Shown in pieces: positions 10,754-20,336 of a stretch of DNA of 64,000 nt; the first letter of the stretch is position 1, and every line of letters starts with the position of its first letter. This DNA comes from Planctomycetota bacterium (lineage in GTDB: Bacteria; Planctomycetota; Planctomycetia; Pirellulales; UBA1268): the NCBI GenBank assembly GCA_029978905.1, contig JAPOIM010000001.1, forward strand, positions 21,564-85,563, given 5' to 3'. Below the pieces are notes generated by a model. It saw nothing but the letters and a program-made list of their open reading frames with translations, had not been told where the DNA came from and searched no databases. Made by a program: the position numbers and the translations under genes.

Positions 10754-11284
10754 ATGGGACTCAAATTCGGGCTGTTTGGAAAACTCTGGCTCAACAACTT
10801 TGCGAAACCGCAGGAAGAGCGGGTGCTAATTCAGTACCTGCAGAGCCACCCGGTCGAGCGGATGCTGGAGATCGGCGTGGGCACGCTGGAGCGGGCGGAG
10901 CGGGTGCTCGGTGCGGCCTCGTCGAAAACGCTCCGCTACGTCGGCATCGACCCATTTGAGTCACGGTCGCCCCAAGACCAGCCAGGGGTTTCTCTCAAGG
11001 AAGCCCACCAGCGACTCGGCCAGAAGGCATCGTGCCAGTTCATTCCCGGCCCCGTCGACACCACGCTCGCTCGCGTCTGCAACCACATCGGCTTGTTCGA
11101 CATGGTGGCGGTGTCAAACGGACTCGACGATCGGGCGCTCGAACGCGTGTGGTTTTTTGTCCGCCGCGTCGTCAAGCCAACCTCGGCCGTGTTTCATCAG
11201 TCGGCCGAAGGCGCCTGGTCGGAAGTCGCTCGCGACGAACTCGACCGGCGATCACGGCAGGTTCTTGGCCGGCAGGCTGCGTAG
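10754..11284 (+). CDS. Hypothetical protein, possible class I SAM-dependent methyltransferase fold
   Basis: ATG verified at 10754. MLEIGVGTLERAE resembles SAM-binding motif I. The upstream part of the track ORF (10529-10753) overlaps the HEAT gene end and is Arg/Pro-rich. Confidence 0.5.
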   Translation: MGLKFGLFGKLWLNNFAKPQEERVLIQYLQSHPVERMLEIGVGTLERAERVLGAASSKTLRYVGIDPFESRSPQDQPGVSLKEAHQRLGQKASCQFIPGPVDTTLARVCNHIGLFDMVAVSNGLDDRALERVWFFVRRVVKPTSAVFHQSAEGAWSEVARDELDRRSRQVLGRQAA

Positions 11285-11342
11285 TTTTCGCGAAAAAGCA
11301 GCGGGCGTGGTGGAGCAGGGCCCCTCTGGCTAGATTGGGACC

Positions 11343-12752
11343 ATGTCTACACCACGCTCTCTCCTCGACAAAATTTGGGATCAGCATGTGGTTTGCGCAC
11401 CCGATGGTGAACAACCGCTGATCTACATCGATCTTCACCTCGTGCACGAGGTGACCAGCCCGCAGGCGTTTGAAGGCCTGCGGCTTGCCGGTCGCAAGGT
11501 ACGGCGGCCCGAACGCACGTTCGCCACGCCCGACCACAACGTGCCGACCACCGATCGTCGCCTTCCGATCGCTGATCCGATCAGTCGTCAGCAGATCGAC
11601 ACGCTGCGGAACAACTGCCGCGAGTTTGGCGTCCGACTGTTCGATCTCGACGACGCCGACCAAGGCATTGTCCACGTGATCGGTCCCGAAATGGGACTGA
11701 CGCAACCGGGCATGACCATCGTCTGCGGCGACAGTCATACGGCCACCCACGGTGCCCTCGGGGCTCTGGCTTTCGGCATCGGCACCAGTGAAGTCGAACA
11801 CGTGCTGGCCACGCAGACGCTGCGTCAAAGCAAGCCAAAGTCGCTCGAACTGCGTGTGGACGGCGAACTCGCCCCCGGGATCACCGCCAAGGATCTCGTG
11901 CTCTACCTGATCGGGAAGATCTCAACCGAAGGTGGCACCGGATCGGTCATCGAATACACCGGCCCCGTCATTCGCCGGCTGTCGATGGAGCAGCGGATGA
12001 CCGTCTGCAACATGTCGATCGAAGCAGGTGCTCGGGCAGGCATGATCGCCCCCGACGCCACGACGTTCGACTACCTCCGAGGCCGCGACTTTGCTCCTAA
12101 GGACTTCGACGCCGCGGTTGCGAGGTGGAAGCAGCTGGCGAGCGATCCCGGCTGCCACTACGACCGCGTGGAGATCTTCAACGGCGGAGACGTCGTGCCA
12201 CAGGTCACCTGGGGCACCAACCCGGCACAGGTCGTGGGCGTGGACACCACGGTCCCCGATCCGGCGAGCCTGGAAACCGCAGCCGACCGTGACTCGGCCA
12301 CGAGGGCCCTGGACTACATGGGGCTCGCCGCTGGCACGAAGATCGTCGACATCCCGCTCGACCGGGTGTTCATCGGTTCCTGCACCAACAGCCGGATCGA
12401 GGACCTGCGGGAAGCGGCGCGAGTCGTCCGCGGTCATCGCGTTTCGTCGAACGTCAACGCGATGGTGGTGCCTGGTAGCGGCCGCGTGAAGCGTCAGGCC
12501 GAAGCCGAAGGGCTTGACCGGATCTTTGTTGAGGCAGGATTTGAGTGGCGTGAAGCGGGCTGCAGCATGTGTCTGGGGATGAATCCAGACACCCTGTCTG
12601 TCGGCGAACGGTGCGCCTCCACCAGCAATCGCAACTTTGAGGGACGGCAGGGCAAGGGAGGCCGGACACACCTCGTGTCACCATCGATGGCTGCGGCAGC
12701 CGCGATCACCGGTCACTTCACGGACATCCGTGGCTGGAACTACCAAGACTGA
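11343..12752 (+). CDS. leuC: 3-isopropylmalate dehydratase large subunit
   Basis: Full-length aconitase-family protein with [20 protein letters not shown] and [11 protein letters not shown]. Confidence 0.95.
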   Translation: MSTPRSLLDKIWDQHVVCAPDGEQPLIYIDLHLVHEVTSPQAFEGLRLAGRKVRRPERTFATPDHNVPTTDRRLPIADPISRQQIDTLRNNCREFGVRLFDLDDADQGIVHVIGPEMGLTQPGMTIVCGDSHTATHGALGALAFGIGTSEVEHVLATQTLRQSKPKSLELRVDGELAPGITAKDLVLYLIGKISTEGGTGSVIEYTGPVIRRLSMEQRMTVCNMSIEAGARAGMIAPDATTFDYLRGRDFAPKDFDAAVARWKQLASDPGCHYDRVEIFNGGDVVPQVTWGTNPAQVVGVDTTVPDPASLETAADRDSATRALDYMGLAAGTKIVDIPLDRVFIGSCTNSRIEDLREAARVVRGHRVSSNVNAMVVPGSGRVKRQAEAEGLDRIFVEAGFEWREAGCSMCLGMNPDTLSVGERCASTSNRNFEGRQGKGGRTHLVSPSMAAAAAITGHFTDIRGWNYQD

Positions 12753-12794
12753 CTCCCCACCGGTTCGCCGGAAGAAAGGACCGCATCACCTCCC

Positions 12795-13391
12795 ATGGAA
12801 CCGTTTACGATCCACACTGGTGTCGTGGCAGCCCTCGATCGGGCCAATGTCGACACCGACCAGATCATTCCGAAGCAGTTTCTCAAGCGGATTGAACGCA
12901 CTGGCTTCGGTGAGTTCCTCTTTTTTGACTGGCGTTTCCTGCCGGATGGTTCCCCCGATCCGGCCTTCGAACTCAACGCCCCAGAGTTGGCGGGCGCGAG
13001 CATTTTGCTTGCTCGCCGCAACTTCGGCTGTGGCTCAAGCCGCGAGCATGCCCCCTGGGCACTTGGCGACTACGGCTTCCGGGTGGTCATCGCGCCGACC
13101 TTCGCCGACATCTTCTATTCCAACTGCTTTCAGAACGGAATCCTGCCAATCCGGCTCGACGAAGCCGACGTGGACGAACTGTTTCGCCGAAGCCAGGCTG
13201 GCCCATACCGGCTCACCGTCGACCTGACCACGCAGACGATTCGAGACGACGCAGGGTTTTCCCGGCCTTTCGAAATCGACGCGTTTCGCCGCCGGAGCCT
13301 CCTGGAAGGCCTCGATGCGATCGGGCTCACGCTGCAGCATGAAGCCGCCATCGACGAGTGGGAGCGGAGCCATGGTGTCGCACAGGCCTAA
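12795..13391 (+). CDS. leuD: 3-isopropylmalate dehydratase small subunit
   Basis: [14 protein letters not shown] and [15 protein letters not shown] motifs. Immediately follows leuC. Confidence 0.95.
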   Translation: MEPFTIHTGVVAALDRANVDTDQIIPKQFLKRIERTGFGEFLFFDWRFLPDGSPDPAFELNAPELAGASILLARRNFGCGSSREHAPWALGDYGFRVVIAPTFADIFYSNCFQNGILPIRLDEADVDELFRRSQAGPYRLTVDLTTQTIRDDAGFSRPFEIDAFRRRSLLEGLDAIGLTLQHEAAIDEWERSHGVAQA

Positions 13392-13413
13392 TGGCCCGTG
13401 GCAAGAGGCTTCG

Positions 13414-14469
13414 ATGGCCTTGATCCACGTGGGTGGCGACCAAAGAAGCCGAGCGGCCCTGACACGCATGGCCATCGTCTGCCTGAGCGTGGCCAGCCTT
13501 TTCGTCGGCGTGGGTGCGGCGATGGCGGCCGAGACTTCTGAGGCCGACGCAATTCGCATTCGGCCTCTGGCTGACGCGCCAGGAGGCGTGATCGACCTCG
13601 CCCTCGCTCCAAACGGCCAGCGGCTGTACGCACTTTCCGCAGACGGCAACCAGGTCTTGGCGACCAGTTCCGGTCGCGAGGCCGATGGCAGTTGGCGGGT
13701 TGCGCTCGAAGGTGCCTCGCCGGATGGCCCAGGCCTCTGCCTGGGCTGCATCGACACCAGCGTCGTAGCGATCCTCCGCTGGGGAACGGAAGGGGTGATC
13801 ACCACCCACCGCATTCCTTCCCCGCCGGAGAACGCGGCGGCTGCCGAACCGCTGCAGCGAATCAGTCTCGAGAGCGGCGAAACGGCAGCAGCCACAAGGG
13901 GGCGCCACAGCTTTGTGGTGAGCCCCACCCGCAACTGGCTGGCCACCGCCACCGAGATGGAGGGAAAATCGGTGGTCGTGCGGGCAGCGGTGGCAGGCGT
14001 CCGTGTGAGCAGTTTTAGTTCCCGCCACAGCCCCGACCTTCCCTTGGGCACCACGATCCGCTGCCTGTCGGCAGGCCTCGCCGACGAACTGGTGCTGCTG
14101 ACGCAACCCAGCGACACCACCGAGCAGACCCTCTCCATGTTTGCCACGCCGTCCGGCTGGGAGCTCCTGCAGCTGAACACCGGCCTCCGTGAGATTCGCG
14201 ACGTCTGCTCCACGAGCCCGAGTGGCACGCTGTGGGCACTCACCGGCAGCGCCTCGGAGGGAGCCGCCCAACAGCCTGCGGGGCTGTGGCGACTCGATGC
14301 GGTCATTCGGCAACGCCGACAGGCCGTGCAACCGGTGCTCGTGGCGGCGTTCGACGACCCCCGCGCGCTGGTCAGCGGTGGCGATGATGTGCTCTACGCT
14401 GCCGTGGACAGCGGCACACGAGTGATCGAAATCAGGCCATCCCCTTCTGCCACCACCACCCGCGAGTAA
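13414..14469 (+). CDS. Secreted hypothetical protein, possibly beta-propeller-like
   Basis: ATG verified at 13414. Signal-like MAIVCLSVASLFVGVGAAMAAE. LALAPNGQRLYALSADGNQV resembles propeller blade repeats. The plus frame has strong GC3 codon bias; the competing minus-strand ORFs were rejected. Confidence 0.6.
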   Translation: MALIHVGGDQRSRAALTRMAIVCLSVASLFVGVGAAMAAETSEADAIRIRPLADAPGGVIDLALAPNGQRLYALSADGNQVLATSSGREADGSWRVALEGASPDGPGLCLGCIDTSVVAILRWGTEGVITTHRIPSPPENAAAAEPLQRISLESGETAAATRGRHSFVVSPTRNWLATATEMEGKSVVVRAAVAGVRVSSFSSRHSPDLPLGTTIRCLSAGLADELVLLTQPSDTTEQTLSMFATPSGWELLQLNTGLREIRDVCSTSPSGTLWALTGSASEGAAQQPAGLWRLDAVIRQRRQAVQPVLVAAFDDPRALVSGGDDVLYAAVDSGTRVIEIRPSPSATTTRE

Positions 14470-14539
14470 CGCCCGCCGGTCACGCATTTCTGCTCGTCAG
14501 GCTCGAGCGGAGCCGGCGTTACCCCCAACGAGATCCCCA

Positions 14540-14899
14540 ATGCACGACACCCCCGCCTCACCTCCTCCAAACTCCCGTCGCCAGCGAATCGAGGCCATGC
14601 TCGCGGAAGATCCGGATGACGTTTTCCTCCGGTACAGCCTGGCTCTGGCGATGGATTCGGATGGCGAATGGGAGCCCTGCCTCGAGATCCTCGAATCGCT
14701 CGCACGGGGCACACCTCCCTACGTCCCCGCCTTCCAGATGAGTGGACAAATCCTCGTCGCCCACCAGCAGATTGAGGCCGCCCGGCGTGCCCTTCGTGAA
14801 GGTATCGAGCAGGCGCGGGCCCAGGGCCTCGATCACGCGGCCGCGGAAATGGCCGAACTCCTCACCACGCTCGGCTCCGCTGGTGAACACGACGCCTGA
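14540..14899 (+). CDS. Small TPR-like repeat protein
   Basis: 119 aa, all-helical pattern with TPR-like pairs (FLRYSLALAMDSDGEWEPCLEILESL, AFQMSGQILVAHQQIEAARRALREGIE). Confidence 0.6.
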   Translation: MHDTPASPPPNSRRQRIEAMLAEDPDDVFLRYSLALAMDSDGEWEPCLEILESLARGTPPYVPAFQMSGQILVAHQQIEAARRALREGIEQARAQGLDHAAAEMAELLTTLGSAGEHDA

Positions 14900-15039
14900 C
14901 GGTAGCCGCGACGCGCCCGCCTCAACGTATCTGGGTACCGACCGCGACCGCACCCTTGGTATGATCCGACCCCAGTGCCGGGACATCGCTCCGGCATACG
15001 CCGATTTTGCCCTGCTGCCGCAGACAAGGAACTGCTTTC

Positions 15040-16089
15040 ATGACCAACGCCACGATCGCATCCGATGCCCCCATCTCCACCGGACGGTGGCATGCTCTCG
15101 CCTGCCGCGTTCTCGATGGGCATCAGGTCGACCGCGACGAAGCGCGGGCGATGCTCGATTCGAGCGACGAAGAGCTTCTTGAACTCTTGGCCGCCGCATA
15201 CCGGCTTCGGCACCGTCGGTTTGGCAACACCGTGCAACTCTTTTTCTTGATGAATGCCAAGAGTGGGTTGTGCCCTGAAGACTGCAGTTACTGCTCCCAG
15301 TCGAAAGTTTCCGAAGCAGAAATCCCACGTTACAACCTGCTCTCGGCCCCAAAGCTGATGGAAGCCGCTCGGATGGCCGCGGAACGGAACTCCAAGACGT
15401 TCTGCATCGTCATCTCCGCACGAGGTCCCACCGAACGCGAGATGGCCGCCGTGTGTGAGATCGTTCCGAAGATCAAGCAGGAACATGACCTCAATATCTG
15501 CGCGTGCCTTGGCCTGCTGACCCCGGAGCAAGCCAAGCGGCTTGCAGACGCAGGCGTCGACAAGGTGAACCACAACCTCAACACCAGCAGCCGATACTAC
15601 GCCGAGATCTGCTCCACCCACACCTACGCCGACCGCGTGGCCACACTCGCTGCCTGCCGAGAAGCAGGGCTTTCCCTGTGCAGCGGTGGCATCATCGGAA
15701 TGGGGGAAGAACGCGACGACGTGGTCTCGATGGCGATGGAGCTGCGGGATCTCCATGTTGAGAGCATTCCCCTGAACTTTCTGAACGCGATCGATGGCAC
15801 CCCTCTCGAACACACCTCCTCGCTGACGCCACGCGATTGCCTCCGGGCCTTGGCGATGATGCGATTTGTGAACCCCGACGCAGAAATCCGGATTGCGGGT
15901 GGCCGCGAACTGCACCTCAGGAGCCTCCAACCGCTCGGGCTCTATCCGGCAAACTCGATCTTCGTGGGCGATTACCTGACCACCAAGGGCCAGCTGCCCG
16001 AGGCTGATGAGTCGATGATCCGAGACCTCGGGTTTGAAATCACGAAGGGCTCCGAGGCGGCAGAACCACCAGCCTGCACGAACGCATAA
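15040..16089 (+). CDS. bioB: Biotin synthase (radical SAM)
   Basis: CPEDCSYCSQS radical-SAM cluster motif and BioB-like remainder (NLNTS, GGIIGMGE). ATG verified at 15040. Confidence 0.9.
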   Translation: MTNATIASDAPISTGRWHALACRVLDGHQVDRDEARAMLDSSDEELLELLAAAYRLRHRRFGNTVQLFFLMNAKSGLCPEDCSYCSQSKVSEAEIPRYNLLSAPKLMEAARMAAERNSKTFCIVISARGPTEREMAAVCEIVPKIKQEHDLNICACLGLLTPEQAKRLADAGVDKVNHNLNTSSRYYAEICSTHTYADRVATLAACREAGLSLCSGGIIGMGEERDDVVSMAMELRDLHVESIPLNFLNAIDGTPLEHTSSLTPRDCLRALAMMRFVNPDAEIRIAGGRELHLRSLQPLGLYPANSIFVGDYLTTKGQLPEADESMIRDLGFEITKGSEAAEPPACTNA

Positions 16090-16286
16090 ACCCCCTCCCT
16101 TTCCACGCCACCCCAGTCTTCGGTGCCACTGGCTTTGTCTTCGGAGCAAGGCAAAGGTTCCCAAGCCCAGCGACCGATACCACCGAAAGAACTGGTCCGT
16201 AGTGACGTCGCTGCCAGCGGCCGCTCGGCACGCGCGTGGCGGCATCTGCACGGCCCGCGAAGGTTTGTGAAAGGGGAGGGTGGCTG

Positions 16287-17087
16287 ATGAATGTGGCGAG
16301 CAAGCGTGTGGCCAGACACTCAGCGGGAACGTGGTCGTCGGCAGGTGCACTCCTTGCCACGCTCGCGCTTGGCGCATGCCACCACGCGGTCGCTGCCGAG
16401 CCAGCCGTCGCACCATCACGTCCCCCCGTGATCGCACAGTCGACCGACGCGACCGCCGCCACCGGCAGAATCGCGATTTCCTCACGGATCGCCCGGGCCC
16501 GACGTCCAATCCAGGTCATGCCAGCGGCGTCGCCCGCTGTCGACAACGCGCTCGCAGCCCCCGACCGACGCGACACCCCGCCGGCCGCCGTTGCCGCGAA
16601 CGGGACGCCTGATCCCACTACGGATGCCGCCGCAGGGCCGCGTGTTGAAGGGTTTACCTACCCCATGTCCGTGGCGGATGGTTTGCCGACGACAAGCGAA
16701 CACGAGTCATCCGGGCGTGCATCGTCAGCCCCCGCCGTGAGCCTGCGGGTGCTGGAGCCGATGGCAAAGATTTCTGAGGGCAGCCCGATCGAATGGCGGC
16801 TGCAACTCGCCAACACCGGCAGCGAACCACTGGAAGGCGTGACCGCCTGGCTCTTTTTCGCGGAAGGCATCGAACCAGTCGCTGCCAGCGGATCCGAGGC
16901 AGCGCTTGCCGCGGGGGAGGTGCGGTTCGCCCCGCTCGCCTCACTTGGGCCAGGCGAGACGGTGGAACTCCTGGTCACGGGAGTAAGCACCGCAGCAGGT
17001 GAAGTTGCCTACCGAGCCGAGGTCATTGCCGCAGGCAGCAACGACCCGGTCGCCGAGGAAGGCTTCGTGCGTGTGACCGCACGCTAG
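16287..17087 (+). CDS. Lipoprotein with C-terminal DUF11/CARDB-like Ig-fold domain
   Basis: ATG at 16287, preceded by aaggggaggg. Lipobox LALGAC. The C-terminal pattern LQLANTGSEPLEGVTAW...GETVELLV...AEV resembles DUF11 repeats. Confidence 0.6.
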   Translation: MNVASKRVARHSAGTWSSAGALLATLALGACHHAVAAEPAVAPSRPPVIAQSTDATAATGRIAISSRIARARRPIQVMPAASPAVDNALAAPDRRDTPPAAVAANGTPDPTTDAAAGPRVEGFTYPMSVADGLPTTSEHESSGRASSAPAVSLRVLEPMAKISEGSPIEWRLQLANTGSEPLEGVTAWLFFAEGIEPVAASGSEAALAAGEVRFAPLASLGPGETVELLVTGVSTAAGEVAYRAEVIAAGSNDPVAEEGFVRVTAR

Positions 17088-17102
17088 TTTCCTCGGGCAC
17101 AC

Positions 17103-17633
17103 TTACTGCCCGACCAACTGCCGGCACGACGCCCGCGTCGCGGTCAGGTGATGACGGCGACGGATCGCAGGAGGCTCGCACATCAGCCCCTCTGCCTGGT
17201 CGCACACATCGCGGCCCCAGCTGTAGTCGTCGATATGGCCACCTCGACTGCCATCAAGCACCATTCCGACCGGATGGATCCGGTGGGCCCGTACGTCGTG
17301 TACTTCCTTCCCAAGCGTGATGGTGAAGGTGAAGGGGCGGTCAGCGTGACGGCAAGTCGAGGCAGTCATGGCGATCTCCATACTCCGGCATGTGTCGGCA
17401 CCAAACGACGCCGACTCCGACACCACAGCATCTGCACATCGCATGCCAAAAAAATCTTTCGCCGAGCGATCGTAAAACAGGGCTCCGCGGGACGAGCCGA
17501 GCCCCCGCATCTCACCCAAGTTCACGCCGACAGCATGCTGTAAGCCCTGCTTGTCGCCCAAACTTCCGCGGGCACCCCAATCGTGTCCGCACGCACAGCC
17601 AGGCAACACCGTGGACGTGAGAAAAAATTTCAC
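17103..17633 (-). CDS. Cys-rich hypothetical protein (coding status uncertain)
   Basis: 176-codon ORF with a GTG start. GC3 is clearly lower than in neighbouring genes. A same-phase plus-strand ORF (17148-17543) has similar statistics. The start codon lies inside a weak hairpin plus T-tract. Confidence 0.4.
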   Translation of the reverse strand: MKFFLTSTVLPGCACGHDWGARGSLGDKQGLQHAVGVNLGEMRGLGSSRGALFYDRSAKDFFGMRCADAVVSESASFGADTCRSMEIAMTASTCRHADRPFTFTITLGKEVHDVRAHRIHPVGMVLDGSRGGHIDDYSWGRDVCDQAEGLMCEPPAIRRRHHLTATRASCRQLVGQ

Positions 17634-17651
17634 ACTCGGGTGAAAAAACTT

Positions 17652-18527
17652 TCAGTCGGCTGCGGAAGAATCGTCTGCTCGACGACGACGACGGGGCGTC
17701 TCAGCGTCGCGGCCAGCACCACCACCGGCCGCAGCGCTCGACTGGCCAGCCAGCGTGCTCCCGGTGGGGGAGGGGAGGCTGGCGGCGTGGGGCCGTTTCT
17801 TCAACTGATCGCGAAGTTCCGCAGCCCGCTCGTAGTTTTCTGCCCGCACCGCTTCGGCCAACTGCTCATCAAGCGTGAGTCCCACTTCGTAGCGACTACG
17901 GACATTCTCTCGCATCTCCTCAAGACGCTGCACCAACTCATCTTCAGAGAACTGGTCGGCTGCGTCGTACTCATCAAAGAGGTCGCGGAAACGGTCGAGC
18001 CCGGCATTGATCTCGCCGATCGCCTTCTCTGGGCCGTCCTCCTCCAGCGCCGCAAGCGCCCCCGCCTGCACACGATGAAACAGCACAAAGGGCCGGTACT
18101 GCTCGTGTGAAAGGGTCCACTCTTCATCAGAAGAATGCTGGCGGACGAAATCCATGAACGCGAGGCTGTGGTCCGCATCTTTGGCGGCACGGGCATACTC
18201 CCGGAGCGACAGCCAGCAGACGCGTCGGTGATAAAACTGCACGAACTCGCGATCGGCTTCTGAGCACTGTTCGTCACTGAGTTCGAACTCGTCCCCCTCG
18301 CGGATCACCTCACCCACGAGATAGTCGAAGTAGGTGTCGGCTCCGCCGGGGCGTTCCCCATCCGGGCGATACTGGGTTTCCATCTGGAGCAGGCCCATGT
18401 CGACCCGCATCTGGATCACCTCACGGCCGCCACCCGCTTTGACCAGGCGGGCGTTGACCTCGCCCGGCCGGTAGGGCCAGTTCGCCAGGAGCGCGTCGAT
18501 ATCTCGGGCGTCTCGTCGTGATGGCAT
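17652..18527 (-). CDS. UVR-domain-containing conserved protein
   Basis: ATG verified at 18525-18527. C-terminal UvrB/UvrC-type UVR motif LDEQLAEAVRAENYERAAELRDQL. N-terminal domain of unknown function. Confidence 0.7.
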   Translation of the reverse strand: MPSRRDARDIDALLANWPYRPGEVNARLVKAGGGREVIQMRVDMGLLQMETQYRPDGERPGGADTYFDYLVGEVIREGDEFELSDEQCSEADREFVQFYHRRVCWLSLREYARAAKDADHSLAFMDFVRQHSSDEEWTLSHEQYRPFVLFHRVQAGALAALEEDGPEKAIGEINAGLDRFRDLFDEYDAADQFSEDELVQRLEEMRENVRSRYEVGLTLDEQLAEAVRAENYERAAELRDQLKKRPHAASLPSPTGSTLAGQSSAAAGGGAGRDAETPRRRRRADDSSAAD

Positions 18528-18719
18528 GGCTGACCCCTCTCTTTTTCGAGTGTTTCTCGGCAGCGGTGCCCTGAGACGCCGCCACACATTTTCCGTCGGC
18601 CCACCCGCCGAAAGGCGTGCGTACCAGACGTCTCAAGTATACCAAGGCAGCCTCCCGCAAACCTGTGAACACGTGACCGCCGCAGAGGGCCGCCGCGAGA
18701 AAAACGTGGGGGAAAGCAC

Positions 18720-19148
18720 TCAGTCTCGCGGTGGCCTCCGAAGTTTTTTGGTCTCGGAACGCCGCTCTTTCGCCACCCGCCGACGAGCTACCGACCCACG
18801 TGTTGGGCGTGTTGGGCGCCGCAGGCGCGGCAACTCCGCCGCCTTCTCGAGCATGGCCTGCAGTTTACTGACGCAGTCGGCGACATTTCGTGGCTGATCA
18901 CGAAATCGCTGACTCGTGATCACGAGATCGCCGGCATCGGTGATGCGCGATCGCTGCTGCTCAAGGAGCCGTGCTTTGAACGCGGGAGGAAGGCTCGGCG
19001 AGCCGACCGCGTGAAACCGCAACACAGCCTTCGTACTCGCCCGATTCACATGCTGCCCCCCCGGCCCCTGCGACCGCACGAAATGCCAGTGGAGTTCCTC
19101 CGCGGGGATACGGATCGCTCCGCGGACGGCAGTGAGGGCAGTCTTCAT
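18720..19148 (-). CDS. arfB: Alternative ribosome-rescue factor / peptidyl-tRNA hydrolase ArfB
   Basis: GGQ motif SQGPGGQHVNRASTKAV and a basic C-terminal tail (RRRVAKERRSETKKLRR). ATG verified at 19146-19148. Confidence 0.85.
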   Translation of the reverse strand: MKTALTAVRGAIRIPAEELHWHFVRSQGPGGQHVNRASTKAVLRFHAVGSPSLPPAFKARLLEQQRSRITDAGDLVITSQRFRDQPRNVADCVSKLQAMLEKAAELPRLRRPTRPTRGSVARRRVAKERRSETKKLRRPPRD

Positions 19149-19464
19149 GGAGAGCGTGTCGGGGCAGCGAAGGGAAGGGGAGACGAAGGCACCGTACGAA
19201 AGATGCCGTGCCACCTGTCAAGCCCGCGTCACAAAAAGTATGAGGCACCTTCGGCAGCACACCAAGGTCCTCTTTCCCGAGCAAAGTGACTCCTCTCGCA
19301 ACTTGTCTGGACAGTTGCCGGAAAGGGGTTCCATACTTTTCCTCTTCCCGATGCATGCCAGAGGCCTCTGGGCCGGTCGAGCACGCTCGCCCTGTCTTGC
19401 CGCCTCGGGAGCACGACCAACGACGACACCCTCAACCATCGACTCTGCCTGGAGAAGTGCACGA

Positions 19465-20325
19465 ATGCTGCGAGCTTCAATCAGTGAACGGACCACCTTT
19501 CGCTGGGACCTCGCCGAGGAACTTGCCGCTCTCCACCTGCATGGTTTCGACACCCTCTCGCTGTGGCGGCCGAAGTTGTCGGATCTCGATCAGGCAGAGG
19601 CCCGCAAACTGCTGGACACCGCCGGGGTCCGCGTTTCGAGTTTGCAGTGGGCCGGCGGCTTTACTGGCAGCGACGGCAGGTCGTTTCAGGAGAGCCTGAC
19701 GGATGCCCACGAGGCGATCGACGAGGCTGCCGCCATCGGGGCCGAGGTGCTCTTGGTGCATACCGGCTGCCGTACTGGCCACACGCTTGGCCATGCACGC
19801 AGGCTGGTGCAGGAGGCGCTCGAACGGCTCGCGCCGCACGCCCATGACCTCGGCCTTCGCCTCGCCCTCAAACCGACCCACCCAGCAGCCTCCGCAGGCT
19901 GCGGCTTCCTCACGCAACTCGACGACGCCGCGCGGTTTATCGAAGAGGTGCAACACCCCTGCGTGGGCCTCGCACTCGACCTTTGGCATTTCGGCCATCA
20001 GCAGACCTGCCTCAGCCTGCTCCCGTCGATCATCAACCACGTCCACGTGGTCGCCGTCGCCGACTGCCTTGGTGGCCCGACTGCGGAGCACGACCGACTG
20101 CCACCAGGCGAAGGCAACCTGCCGCTGCGTCATCTCCTCACCGCGCTGCTCGAAGCGGGCTACCGAGGTGATGTGGAGTTTGAGTTTGTCGCCGAGCCAC
20201 TCGCGGCGAGCGTTGCCGCGGGCTATCACGAGGCCTTGCGACGGACACGCCGCGATCTTCGCTCTTACGGCTGCTTCACCACATCCCCCAAAAGCTCACG
20301 GCCGGCCTCAAGCCCAAGCCGCTAG
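19465..20325 (+). CDS. Xylose-isomerase-like TIM-barrel protein (sugar phosphate isomerase/epimerase family)
   Basis: ATG verified at 19465, with GGAGAAG upstream. Family-typical pattern (LLVHTG, LALKP, GLALDLWHF, PGEGNLPL, VEFEF). Confidence 0.75.
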   Translation: MLRASISERTTFRWDLAEELAALHLHGFDTLSLWRPKLSDLDQAEARKLLDTAGVRVSSLQWAGGFTGSDGRSFQESLTDAHEAIDEAAAIGAEVLLVHTGCRTGHTLGHARRLVQEALERLAPHAHDLGLRLALKPTHPAASAGCGFLTQLDDAARFIEEVQHPCVGLALDLWHFGHQQTCLSLLPSIINHVHVVAVADCLGGPTAEHDRLPPGEGNLPLRHLLTALLEAGYRGDVEFEFVAEPLAASVAAGYHEALRRTRRDLRSYGCFTTSPKSSRPASSPSR

Positions 20326-20336
20326 ACCGCATCGCC

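Noticed and set aside
14833-16509. 558-codon minus-strand ORF
   Set aside because: Antisense to bioB, which has the radical-SAM CX3CX2C motif, and to neighbouring genes; shadow ORF.
17148-17543. 131-codon plus-strand ORF as a gene
   Set aside because: It has the same phase as the longer minus-strand ORF and an Arg/His-rich translation, with no RBS. It is not preferred, but the whole patch is flagged as ambiguous in the findings.
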